This document shows positions 10,901 through 21,798 of a DNA stretch of 64,000 nt, piece after piece. The notes below the pieces were generated by a model, which saw only the letters and a list, made by a program, of their open reading frames with translations, did not search any database and had not been told where the DNA came from. How positions within the stretch are numbered: position 1 is the first letter of the stretch; each line of letters opens with the position of its first letter. This DNA is from an uncultured candidate division Zixibacteria bacterium (GTDB lineage Bacteria; Zixibacteria; MSB-5A5; UBA10806). The stretch is from assembly GCA_963801605.1 (NCBI GenBank), contig CAWDFP010000007.1:392285-456284 (forward strand). Reading direction: 5' to 3'. The position numbers and the translations under genes were made by a program.

Positions 10901-12580
10901 GATCCGGGCGGAATCAGGGACGCTGATTCCCTGCTGCCGTCGGGTATGGAATGAAGCAACCTCCATGATACCTTCGAAGTCGGTATTTAGAAGAATCAGG
11001 CAATAAGTGGCATCGGCGTAATCGGTCAGTTTACTGGCCACCACCTGCAAGACGGATTGCAAATCAAGTTTGGATGAAATGGCCAGGGAAGTTTCCTGAA
11101 GAATCTTGGTTTTATCATAACGGGCTTGCTTGCCCTTTTCAACCTCAAGCCCGTATAGCAATCCTGCCAATAACTTTTTGACAATGTCAGAACACTGTTC
11201 AGGCATCATCAGGAAAGGATTCGATTGTCCGGAGATCAGGACTAAAAGCCCCATAAATTGAGCCTTGACTGTCAACGGGATTACCGCTAAATGCTGGTCT
11301 GGTTCAAATAATTTTCGCCAGGGCTCATCGGGATAATCGCCTCCGGTGAAATAGAGGCTTTCCTCCTGATTTCGAGCATGCTTAATGAAACTTAAGCCGG
11401 CGGACGATTGACAGATGGCACTCAGGAGTTCATCGGTAATATTATTTTTGCAGGCTGCCTGCGCACCGTTGTCTGAGGGATCCAAAGTAAGGATTACTCC
11501 GGAAGCTGATCCGGTAGTGCTAACGATGAGCGACAGGATTTCCGCCAGAGACGTCTGCTCGTAACCCTTTTCCTGAATGATGGCCAGGGCGGCGGCAGTC
11601 AAATCGATTGATCTCTTTAAACCTGCTTTCTCGTTTTGATTTTCGTCAACAAGCTGGAATATCTCAGTTAGTTCGGGCATTTCATTTTTCAATGAATCGT
11701 GATCCCGTCGGAATATATCGACGCCATGTTTTTGCCGTTTGAGGATTTTTCTTAAGATCGCCGAGTGGTTGGCGAACGATTCAAAGTACCGATAAAGCAA
11801 AAAACAAAAAAGGATAAATCCTATAAAGGGCAAGAATCCCAAGGCGATAATTTCCCATCCTGAAATAATCGATTTTTTGACAGCCGCATGCTTGATATTC
11901 ACTCCCACCAACGACACTTGTTTGCCATCGAAAGTAGTAACGGCGTATTTAGCAACGGAATCAGGCAGAGTGGTTGAGATAGAATTTGTCAGGGGTAAGG
12001 ATTGTTTATAGATTCTGTGGTCAGTATCTACCGAGGCATACAGTTTATCGATAGGCAGGGCAATAACGAGGATGTCCTTAAGCGCTTTCGAGAAACCGGC
12101 CGTATCGCCGGTGAGCCGGTAACCGGAAACAGAATAGAAGTTATTATTATATGCGATATGGCCATTATCAAAACCGCTCTTAATCATGGCGCGATAGTTT
12201 TTTATTAATATGGAGTCGGAGTTACCCTGAGCGGAAATCAATTTATCATTTGAATCAATAAAATAAATTAGAGAATTGGTAATTCCTTTTCCTGAAAATT
12301 CCTGTTTGATAACATCGATGGCTTCCTCGGAACTCTGGCCGCGCTTAAGATGCCTCTGCAATACTCCGGCGGCATCCATAAGCATGTCGTGAGCCAGGAG
12401 ATCGGAAGTCTTCTGGATATATTCAAAATAGGAATAGGTCTCGCTTTGTTCGATACCGGCAATTTGCCGGTTGGTATTATAGTTATTGATATAAATCAGA
12501 ATAAACGAAAATAAGGTTATCGTTAGCCCGATGCCCGCCGTTTTAGTAAAAAGAGATTTTCTTGAACCGACTATTTTCAT
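7909..12580 (-). CDS. Membrane-anchored multi-GAF hybrid histidine kinase, split by a frameshift near 8965
   Basis: The 1210-aa ORF has 2 TM segments and about 5 GAF-like repeats and ends just after the H-box VVHDFNNILAAILGR. ORF 7909..9033 continues in another frame with LQII..., HATPase and REC. Confidence 0.88.
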
Positions 12581-12583
12581 TTT

Positions 12584-14620
12584 TTAGGATTTTTCAGTAG
12601 TTCCCGCCGATATTTCATGAATTTTGGCCGCGTTGCGCTCAATTATATTAAGGTAATGCCCCACTTCCTGCTCCAAGTCAGGATGACTTTTTTGCAGGTA
12701 TTCGCAGGATGCCATGATCCCCGCCAGCGGGCCGTTCAGGCGCGATTTGAAAGTTGGAGCCAGGTCGGGTGATTGGGCCCTGACCGATTGTTTTTGAATG
12801 ATTGTAATCTTTTTTTTTCCTTCAATAATTTCCTGCGAAACTCTTTTCTCTTTATGCCACGACAGGACTATCGAGATCATAGCCGAAAGATTCGACGCAA
12901 AAAGCTCGGCCTGTTCGGAAGCAGGTTCTCTATCGCGTCCACGAAATTCGCCGAACGTTATTATTCCGACGGAATCAGCACCGATGACGAGCGGCAGCAT
13001 CAAGCCGCGCTGGACACCCCTGGGCAGAATTAGATCGGCCTCGGGGCCGGTGATTTTTCGGGAAGAATCCGATTGATCAAATTCGATAGATTTCCCGGTG
13101 ATAAGGACTCGCCTGTGGAGCTCCAATTCCGAGGTTGGGAGCAGATCGAGGGTGGCAGGCCATTCCAAATTCCTGACTTGAGCCAGGGCGGCGGTCTTAA
13201 TATTTTGCTTTTGAGGATCAGTCAGGCTAATCCGGCAATAGGTTGCCATACCCAGGTCTATCACCAAATTTGCCATTTCCTGCAAAAGTGCGCTGACGTT
13301 ATCGGTCGCCAGGGCTCGTTCGTGATAATGTCTGATAGCGCCCAACCATTGAGACGTTTGCAGCTTGACTTTCTCCAGATTATCGAAATTAATTTTTCTG
13401 GAAACAAGTTGGCTCCAAACGAGGAGAAGATCGGGCAAATATGACGGTGAATTTTCCAATCGTATTTCCAGCCAGGCCTGGCAATCGTTTCCGGTATCAA
13501 GCTGGATTAAGGCAGCCTTCCGCTCAAAAACCTGGTATGGCGCCTTGCTGGCGGATACTTTATACAACTGAGGGTAATCGGATTTATCGAAATGGCCTTC
13601 GATGTGATTGACCTTTCCCCCACCGGGCAGGCTAAAGTCATGGGTCTTAACACGGCCGTTAGCGGATAGGTAAAGGTTAAGTTCATCAAAAGGCAAATGG
13701 GCATAGGCTGCCCTGGCCGAATCAAGCAGGACCGAAAGGAGCGGGGCGTTCAGATTGAATGGGGCTGAAATAAGCCTGGTGAGTTCGCGGAAGCCCGATT
13801 CTTGAAGCAGTTTGTGTTCGGTCTTTTCGGTTTTAATGATATTAGTCAGGGCTGAACGAACCATCTCGAAGATAGCGAGAACGTCCCTGGAAAAATCATG
13901 CTTTTTAGAGGAAAGAACGGTTAGGACTGCCAGTACTTCGTTATCAATGATAATAGGCAAGCTTAATCCGGAAGCGATTACACAGTTTTTGGCGTCGATT
14001 CGAACCGCCGAATTCAAATCGGAGGAAGTATCGGAGATCATGATCTCCCGGCTGGTACAAACTTCATAAAAGAGGCTATTTTTCTGCGGGGATCGAAGAG
14101 TCTGCTCGGATTCCGATGATAGGCCGCATTGGAACATAAGGCTCAGATTGCCGGAGTTATCAAGTTTGTGGAGGGTTAAGGCTTGACTGTCAAGAGCGAG
14201 AAGAAGGTATTTGGAGATAGCATCAATAAAAGAATTAGCGGAATGCTCTTCCAGGACGATGGCGGTGATTCTTTCGGTAAATAGTTTGAGACGCAATTTG
14301 CCCATCGGTTCGAAAAGATTTTCACGGTGATCCTGAGACCATTCTATGACGCCCCAGAGAAGCATGGTCCATCCGATGAGATAGCCAAACAGGGTTTCGA
14401 GATAGAATGATACGCCCGATGAAAGGAGCCATTCGCCCATAAGGCCCAGGCGCGAGATAATGCCAATTACGGCGCCGGAGGCGATCATCAATAGTCCGCT
14501 TTTAAGTTTGACGGCAATTTGACTACCGGCAGGTTTTGATGAGAAATCAAGTTTTGATAGAATAATTAAGAGCGAACCGGTGCCCAAAAGCCAGATTAGC
14601 TTTTCCTGAAGTATTTGCAT
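12584..14620 (-). CDS. Membrane protein with GAF domains and a degenerate C-terminal HisKA-like helix pair
   Basis: Three N-terminal TM segments, GAF motifs (LSLPIIIDNEVLAVL, LMLPLVIGADSVGII), ends FKSRLNGPLAGIMASCEYL...IIERNAAKIHEI. No ATPase domain. Confidence 0.75.
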   Translation of the reverse strand: MQILQEKLIWLLGTGSLLIILSKLDFSSKPAGSQIAVKLKSGLLMIASGAVIGIISRLGLMGEWLLSSGVSFYLETLFGYLIGWTMLLWGVIEWSQDHRENLFEPMGKLRLKLFTERITAIVLEEHSANSFIDAISKYLLLALDSQALTLHKLDNSGNLSLMFQCGLSSESEQTLRSPQKNSLFYEVCTSREIMISDTSSDLNSAVRIDAKNCVIASGLSLPIIIDNEVLAVLTVLSSKKHDFSRDVLAIFEMVRSALTNIIKTEKTEHKLLQESGFRELTRLISAPFNLNAPLLSVLLDSARAAYAHLPFDELNLYLSANGRVKTHDFSLPGGGKVNHIEGHFDKSDYPQLYKVSASKAPYQVFERKAALIQLDTGNDCQAWLEIRLENSPSYLPDLLLVWSQLVSRKINFDNLEKVKLQTSQWLGAIRHYHERALATDNVSALLQEMANLVIDLGMATYCRISLTDPQKQNIKTAALAQVRNLEWPATLDLLPTSELELHRRVLITGKSIEFDQSDSSRKITGPEADLILPRGVQRGLMLPLVIGADSVGIITFGEFRGRDREPASEQAELFASNLSAMISIVLSWHKEKRVSQEIIEGKKKITIIQKQSVRAQSPDLAPTFKSRLNGPLAGIMASCEYLQKSHPDLEQEVGHYLNIIERNAAKIHEISAGTTEKS

Positions 14621-14890
14621 AATATTCCCCTTGCCCCTTCCTGAATTTGATTATCGACAGAATATTGGCATAGTTAAGGGAGCAATGAACTTGACAATTA
14701 AAATCCGTTAAAATAATATGGATATGTATGGGCAGGAAATTGGACTACTTTTTCGCAAATTCAATAACAAATTCCGTTAGAAATTCAATATTAAATCGAT
14801 ATTTTGAATATTTTTGGGGACTCCGGGTATCAGTATGTGAGGTATATGCTCATGGATGGTTACCCGTTGGGAATGATAAAAGCGGCCTGG

Positions 14891-15484
14891 ATGGGAATAA
14901 GATTGCCTGAAAAAGCGGCTGCAATCGATTGTAGCGATAATGAGCTCGTTAAGCAAACCTTAAGGGGCAAAATAGCCTCGTTTAAGGAGCTTGTAGGGCG
15001 TTATCAGAAACAAGCCTATTTCTTTGCGAGGGGTATGGTTCATAACTCGGACGATGCCTATGATCTTTCGCAGGAGGCTTTTGTAAGGGTATATAAACAT
15101 CTCAGCAGGTTCGATCAGGCCTATCCTTTTAAGGTTTGGTTGTTTCATATACTCTCCAATCTCTGCAAAAACCATATCCGTCAGAAAAAGACCAGAGATA
15201 AGGTGGTAGTATCATCGGATGAGGCCGCCGAATTGGCAGTATCAGGAGCGGCAGAACCCGACCGGCTTTTCAGCCAATCGGAAGTCCAGAAGCAGGTTTG
15301 GAAGGCGATCGGGCAGCTTCCCGAGAAATTCCGAGAGATTATAATTTTAAGCCATTTCGAGGAGATGTCTTACGATCAAATCGCGCAGACGCTGGATATT
15401 CCCCGCGGTTCGGTGATGTCTCGTCTCTATTATGCCCGACTGAAACTGAGGGAGATACTCGAAACAATGGGGGTGGAAATATGA
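14891..15484 (+). CDS. ECF (RpoE-type) sigma-70 factor
   Basis: Region 2 DAYDLSQEAFVRVY..FKVWLFHI and region 4 EMSYDQIAQTLDIPRGSVMSRLYYAR. Start uncertain (14891 or 14903). Confidence 0.93.
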   Translation: MGIRLPEKAAAIDCSDNELVKQTLRGKIASFKELVGRYQKQAYFFARGMVHNSDDAYDLSQEAFVRVYKHLSRFDQAYPFKVWLFHILSNLCKNHIRQKKTRDKVVVSSDEAAELAVSGAAEPDRLFSQSEVQKQVWKAIGQLPEKFREIIILSHFEEMSYDQIAQTLDIPRGSVMSRLYYARLKLREILETMGVEI

Positions 15485-15927
15485 ATTGCGACGAGAGCAG
15501 AATGTTTCTTTCCGCCCTTGTGGATAACGAACTGGATGCCGAGCAAAAGAAATTGGTGACGGAGCATCTGGTAAATTGCGAGGATTGTCGACTGGAGTAT
15601 GCCCGTATGTTGAAACTTAAGGAGGTAACCGACGACATGAAATATCTCGATCTTCCCGACCGGCTATGGGCAGGTTACTGGAATGGGATATATAATCGGA
15701 TCGAGCGGGGATTCGGCTGGATACTGTTATCTCTGGGAGCGATAATATTAGCGGCGTTTGGCGCCTGGAGGCTGCTCAACGAATTCTTCCTTGACCCTCG
15801 GCCGCCGCTGTTACTAAAGATCGGATTGGGGGCCTTGATAGCGGGAATGATTGTGCTTTTGATATCGGTAATACGCGAACGGATATTCTCACGCGCTCAC
15901 GATAGATATGAGGAGGTTGAGTTATGA
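15481..15927 (+). CDS. Zinc-finger (zf-HC2) anti-sigma factor with two TM helices
   Basis: ATG overlaps the sigma stop codon. MNCDE...LSALVDNEL...EHLVNCEDC (HxxxCxxC). Confidence 0.9.
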   Translation: MNCDESRMFLSALVDNELDAEQKKLVTEHLVNCEDCRLEYARMLKLKEVTDDMKYLDLPDRLWAGYWNGIYNRIERGFGWILLSLGAIILAAFGAWRLLNEFFLDPRPPLLLKIGLGALIAGMIVLLISVIRERIFSRAHDRYEEVEL

Positions 15928-16247
15928 TCATCGTTTCAACCGATGATATTAAGGGAAAGAAGATTGTCGAGGTGCTGGGGCTGGTAAAAGGAAATACGGT
16001 CCGCGCCCGGCACATAGGTCAGGATTTCATGGCATTCCTGCGCAATGTAGTGGGCGGCGAGGTACGCAATTATACCAAGTTGATCGCTGAATCGCGTGAG
16101 CAGGCGATAGATAGAATGGTGGCCCAGGCAGAGCAGCTCGGCGCCAACGCGATTGTCGGCACCAGATTGATAACAGCATCGATAATGCAGGGGTCATCGG
16201 AGTTGTTGGCGTTTGGCACCGCCGTAAAAATAGTGGATGAGAAATAG
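15924..16247 (+). CDS. YbjQ/UPF0145 family protein
   Basis: GLVKGNTVRARHIGQD...VGGEV..YTKLIAESREQAIDRM...GANAIVG...AFGTAV. Confidence 0.92.
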   Translation: MIIVSTDDIKGKKIVEVLGLVKGNTVRARHIGQDFMAFLRNVVGGEVRNYTKLIAESREQAIDRMVAQAEQLGANAIVGTRLITASIMQGSSELLAFGTAVKIVDEK

Positions 16248-16354
16248 CGGGGGTTTTGACCTTCGGCAAAGACCTTTCGGGTCCTTAAAAAACGAGATAC
16301 AAGATTTGTTACGATAATACCGGGTTTCTCGTCCAAGGGACTTTGAACCCGACC

Positions 16355-16395
16355 AAAAAAACCGGGATTCACTTACGAATCCCGGCTAATTTTTT
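16355..16395. terminator. Probable bidirectional terminator between convergent genes
   Basis: A run, CCGGGATTC-acttac-GAATCCCGG, T run. Confidence 0.75.
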
Positions 16396-16409
16396 GGAAA
16401 TTTAGAATG

Positions 16410-18483
16410 CTATCTCAATGGTGGAGGGCAATCGATGCAGTAGTGAAGCGCTCCTCCGCGCCTGAGGTAATTGACCAGATAGATAATGTCCAGGCCGTCG
16501 ACGCTACAACTGCCGTTGACATCGGCGCTAACCTCCATGGCTCCGTAGGAGGCACAACTGCAGGTTTGCAGGGAATTATTGCCGCCCAGGAAATAGCGCA
16601 CCAGATAGCTGACATCAAGGCCATTGGTGATACCGTCACCGTTGATGTCGCCGGCTCCATACTGGCATCCCCCCTGCGTTACAACCATGCTGACGGGGAT
16701 ATCGAGAGAAAGATTATTTTCGTCGTTGGTGCGAAGCTTCAGGATAACATCATAAGTACCGTCGGAAAGGCCCTCGCTGTTGAAAGAAAGGCTAACCGCC
16801 TGGTTTCCGCCAGCAGGAATGGGGCCTTCATGCGGATCGATACCCAGCCATGAAAACGAATTGCGGCCTCCCATATAAAAAGCGGTTGCAAAGTTGCTGT
16901 GTATATAATTGGAGTTGTAAGCAACCTGCAATCCGATTGTGCCTAATAGATTTTCGATACCTACCGAGCACTCGTTAAGCCGTCCCGGACCCATGTTGGC
17001 GTATTGATAAATGATCGTATCGGGGGCAATCATAATAATCTGGAAGGTGAATGTCCCGGCCTGGCGGGTATCTTTAACATTCTGCCAGGTGATAATAGCC
17101 GAATCCGATTGGTTGGAGTAGAAATAGATATTGCCGCCATATTGAAGAGTAAGATCGTCATAAAATACGGCCATCAGGTTGTTGGGCAACGCCTGGTCGG
17201 GAATAGCAACGTTATCCGGAGTATAGAAATAGGCATTCATAAAGTATGCGAGGCCGTTGACGCTAACCTTCACATAGCTATACTGGTGATCGTAGAAGTT
17301 GAAGTTAAATCCCAATTGCTGGTTGGCCGAGACTCCATCATTGGGATCATTTAAGCTGAGCTGCTGCCCGACCTGAGTGATATCTTTCCAATTATAAATC
17401 GGTCCGCCAGAGGAGTCACTACTGCGCCAATAGTAACCAAAAGCATCCTGCCCGCCGGCCGGCGCCGCCAGCAAATCGTAGCGCATTTCGCCGCTTGCCG
17501 GTATTAATGAGGTTCAAGGTTCTGGTTCTCAGGGCATGATCAGGCAGATCAATTGAGAAGGATTCCGGATCATATACGAGCGCCGGCAAACCGCCTTCTC
17601 GATAGATTGGCCGTTGAGTATAATTTCCGAACGAGGCCGAACCGTACTGGATATAGAAAAAGCCGTGCATTCCCCAGCCCGGGCCCCAGCTATTTTTAAC
17701 TATCCAGGCGCCCTGTCCATCGCACATATTGTCATCCCATCCAACAATAAGTACGGCATGATTAATGGGCTCCCCGCCGGCATGGGAATAACAGCCGCTG
17801 CGATAACCGTAAAAATCATCATAAACGGTAAACGTGGTGGATAGCGGTCCATACATCAGGGCATTTTTAATGGCGTTAACATTATTAGCCACATCCACAA
17901 ATCCAATGATATTGGCGATTGGCTGGCATTGATCCTGAGTGCAGGGGATTTGATCATCGCCACCGTAAGGCATACAAGTTTCAGCGACTGCGCCGTAATC
18001 AATGAAGAGGTTATAAGCATCGCTCATCCAACCGCCCCGACAACTGGATGTTCCGCTGTTGCAGGAAAGAACCTGCTGTTCGGAAAAATCGGGGACGCTA
18101 TCCTCGGCAATGATATAAGCAGATTCAAAAGCGGCAGTAGCGGCAAAAGCCCAGCAAGAACCACATTGGCCCTGATCGGTGACCGGTGAGACGCCACCAA
18201 GATCACGCCAATCGAAATGGCTCTCGGTATTAAGAAGAGTCGGCGGCGCAGTGCTATCGAGTTGAGCGAAACGCTGTTTGACATATTCAGGAATTATGAC
18301 ACCGAGCCTTTGATGACGTTCTTCCAGCGTCAAATCCATCATGGAGGTCTGATCGGCGGTCCAGCTCAGGCCGTTGTCCTCAATATATTTTTGGATTTGC
18401 AGAACTTCCTGCGAAACCTTGGCGTTGACGGGAGACCAAATAAAAAGAATGGCCGCAAACAAAATGCCGGCAGTAGTACGCAT
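16410..18483 (-). CDS. Secreted C1 (papain-like) cysteine peptidase with a NIDO-like domain, an Ig-like domain and a C-terminal dockerin; frameshift near 17495
   Basis: QGQCGSCWAF, NHAVLIVGW and WIVKNSWG give the catalytic motifs. The second frame ends with GDINGDGITNGLDVSYLVRY...ADVNGSCSVDGLDIIYLVNY. Confidence 0.88.
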
Positions 18484-18573
18484 CGAGTACCTCCAATTGG
18501 TATTTCGTAAACTCACGCCATAAACTTACATAATAATAAGGTTTTGTCAATTAAAGATATTGCCTGGCACTAT

Positions 18574-18606
18574 AAAAAAAGCCCCCATTTAGAAAATGGC
18601 GGCTTT
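18574..18606 (-). terminator. Rho-independent terminator
   Basis: Minus strand AAAGCCGCCATTT-tct-AAATGGGGGCTTTTTTT: imperfect stem plus U tract. Confidence 0.6.
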
Positions 18607-18628
18607 AATAGTTAATTATTATTGAATT

Positions 18629-19342
18629 TTATTGGATTTGCCCGACCCTAAATTGCCCCGGTTTACCTAAAATCGGGATACAATTGCCTCTATGGGGATT
18701 ATTGCCGCTGCCTCGAAGGTAAAGCAGAAGATAGTTGACATCCAACCCGGAAACATCGCAGCTTCCATTGCAATCGGCGCGCAGAAATGGTTCGGGTGGC
18801 GTTGGGCCGCCCTTAAAATAGTTAACCAAATATATCACGTCTACACCGTCAACACTCCCGGAGTTATTAACATCACCCGGAAGAAAATAGGAAGGATCGG
18901 CGGGAGCGGAGGTTTTTAGCGGTGAATTGGAAAGAGGCGAACAATTGCCGTCATCATCATAAGCTTTGATGCAAAAATAGTAGCTGGCTCCGGGATCCAG
19001 GCCTCTGACCAGCATCGAATCTATCTGGCCGCTTAAGCCTGGCGCCGGCACTCCGCCGATTTGGATCGACCGATTCCATTGTCCTTCGTTATCAATCGGT
19101 CCCTGATCGGCCGGGATGCATCGCAAATCATAATATGCGGCGCGGCCAATATCACCATCATCACCGGTCGCAGTCCAATGCAAGATTACATCTCCGGGAA
19201 TAATTTCTAATGCTAAAACGGGAGAATCGAGTTTAGTTTGAGGGTTTCCAGTCGCTGCCAGGCCGTTCTTTTGCCCCGCTATTAGAATCGAGCCTGCAAT
19301 TAAAGTACTCGCAATCAGCCATCTGCCGCTAAGGTACTTCAT
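18629..19342 (-). CDS. Secreted fibronectin type III-like plus dockerin protein
   Basis: LHWTATGDDG..G.A..YDLR...GLDPGASYYFCIKAYDDDGNCSPLSN (Fn3), followed by two Ca-loop dockerin repeats. Confidence 0.85.
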   Translation of the reverse strand: MKYLSGRWLIASTLIAGSILIAGQKNGLAATGNPQTKLDSPVLALEIIPGDVILHWTATGDDGDIGRAAYYDLRCIPADQGPIDNEGQWNRSIQIGGVPAPGLSGQIDSMLVRGLDPGASYYFCIKAYDDDGNCSPLSNSPLKTSAPADPSYFLPGDVNNSGSVDGVDVIYLVNYFKGGPTPPEPFLRADCNGSCDVSGLDVNYLLLYLRGSGNNPHRGNCIPILGKPGQFRVGQIQ

Positions 19343-20053
19343 CCATCCTCCTTGAGTACGGCATTATGGGTTAAATCAAGTTTGCCCACACCATCGAGCA
19401 AACAAACACCTCATCTTTTGTAAGGGAATCCTCGTTTCCCTACTGTTATAAAAGTTTGACGCGTTCATTGCCGTTCGCCTAACTAAAGGCCGGAGACGAA
19501 AAATCCAAGGATGATCCCTGATTTTCATTGATGGAGTTTTCGATAAGGGGAATGTATCTTCGAGAACTCGAATAGACCATTTGGCAACAATTTGCCGGTA
19601 ATCCGACTCATGCTGCTATCGAGCCCTTTGCCGCTTAAGCACGTCATACATCCTCCTTGCGTACGGCAATCGACATTGCGTGGCCGCCTGCTTACACCGT
19701 CAGACAGGCAGTCTTCTTAAATTGTAATGGTTGTGACCTTAATCGGAAGAATTCACAGAAGCTAATTAATGGAGCTTCCTGCGGCCCCCACGATCGATCC
19801 CTGATCGATCCTCCCATAGCCAGCAGGCCAAGGTCACCTACCTTGTCAGGCGCAATTATACAAGCGCGTTGCCTACGGGGTCAAGTAATTTTTATAATAT
19901 AATTTTATTTTAAATAGGTCCATAATTGTTACAAGGCGATATTAAAATATGTTGCGAAAAGTGAATTGTATAATGTCAGTATTTAAAAATCGAACGGCCA
20001 GGCTAAAAATTATCCCGGCCGAACCTGAAAATTACTTTAACGATAGAACGAGC

Positions 20054-21798
20054 TTACTGCTCAAGATCGGTAGAAAGCTTATAGCGCAAAATACGATTAT
20101 TGCCGGTATCAGCAACGTACACGGTACGGCGATCGCCGAAGATATCGTAGGTGATTCCGCCTGGTGAACTCATTTGAATTGCCATCTTAAATTTAAGGGC
20201 AAATCCGTTACGAATGCCGGTAGCCGGAGTCGTCAGGCCCTTGGAACCGTTGGGGCTTTCGATACCCACTGTAGCAGAATCTCCCCATCCGGAGGAGCTT
20301 TTATACTGGAATACAATGGAGCTATCAGCGGGATTTAAGATAAGCTCGAAAGTTTTGCCAAGGGTATCGGCAGTATTTGGTACGTTGTCATACTGGATAA
20401 CGAAGAGATTGGAGGCTGGATCGTGCCAATAATAGATCCCCGATGATGTCACCGACGGGTCTAAAGCCTCTCCGAAAACGGAAAGAACGGCGTTGGGAAG
20501 AACAGCGTTCGGAATTACCGGGGCGGTGGGCAATTGTGCAAGAGGAAGGAAACTGCACCAACCGTTCGAAGTTATGCTGATGCTATCATAATTAGCAGTA
20601 TAGAAATTAAAAGCTCTTCCCATTGGAACGCGGACAGAGGAGTTTGGCAGAAGACCGGTAGCAGTACCGGCTCCACCCTTTTGAGGATTGATTTCAATCC
20701 AGTTGTAGGTTAAGCCTTCATTATCATCGATACTAATCATCGAATATAACTGATCAATCGGCTTTAGGAGCGCGCCCTGCTTGGAGAATTTGACGGCGCC
20801 CGCATATCTGTCGGGGCCGCCATCAACTACATAGATATTGCCCTGAGGATCGACAGTAGCGCCTTTGGGACATGCTGAAAAAGCCACGGCGCAACAGATC
20901 GGTTTCGGACGGACTGTGAGTGTAGTTAAAGACCCAATGTCTGATCCCAAACCTGACGTTCGCAGCGTAAGATCGTGAACCGGGATAGCTTCCTGAATCC
21001 TGGCAGACAATAAGATGAGTTGCACCAGAGAGCTGGTAGGCATAGATAGAGTTGGGGAGTGTGGTGGTGGTGACGCCGTTGCCGGTAATAACGATGGGAT
21101 TAATTAAAGTATCACCAACGACGCCCAGCTAAGGAGTTCATGATTAGTCGAGTCAACTCCAAAAATCCGGTCAAGGAGGGAATCAGCATTCTCTCGATTA
21201 TCACCGAATCCCCGGAACCATAGTACGCGGCCGTTATTCATGCGATTTGACGAGACGGCCACAAAATAAGTTTTATCATAGGCCGGAATATCGGTTATCG
21301 ATATAAATCGGTCAGTCGAATCGATCATAGCATGATGTTTGACGCGAGTAGTATCGTTATAGGGAATATTGATCGTAATCGAACGCAACTTTAGGAATAC
21401 CGTCTCCGCCGGGGCCAACATCAATTTTATAAACCTTCTTCTCCCCCGTTACCACCAGCAGCCGCATGAGCTCGTCCTGAGCTGACAGAAATCGGGTTAT
21501 TGATGGCATATTCGGCCCGAATCGTACCGGCGGCGTCAAGCTGCAGGATACGATTGTTACCGGTATCGGCTATGTAGAGGTAGGTATCATGTCCAAAATA
21601 GATGCAGGTGGGACGTGAGAAGTTGTAGCCGTGAGCGGCGTCCCAGGGCGGATTGAGCATCAGATATAAAGTATCACCAAGGTTACCCGTCGGCGGAACC
21701 TCAGTTGGAAGTTTCATTTTTTCCCCGCAGGCGAAAACAATAGCCAGAACGAGCAAAATCAGAGGCAGTACCCAGCGTCTATTCACTAAAAGCTCCAT
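20054..21798 (-). CDS. Lipoprotein with NHL beta-propeller repeats and an inserted NIDO-like domain; about 4 frameshifts
   Basis: Lipobox IVFA-C. YIADTGNNRI, IYVVDGG and VYVADTGNNRI repeats. Pieces join across frames near 21480, 21365, 21125 and 20870. Confidence 0.7.

Noticed and set aside
15298..15480. N-terminal extension of the anti-sigma ORF
   Set aside because: It overlaps the sigma gene; the real start is the ATG at 15481 coupled to the sigma stop.
19859..19875. Sigma-54 promoter upstream of the structured element (AGGCAACGCGCTTGTA, minus strand)
   Set aside because: The -12 dinucleotide is GT rather than GC, so support is too weak.
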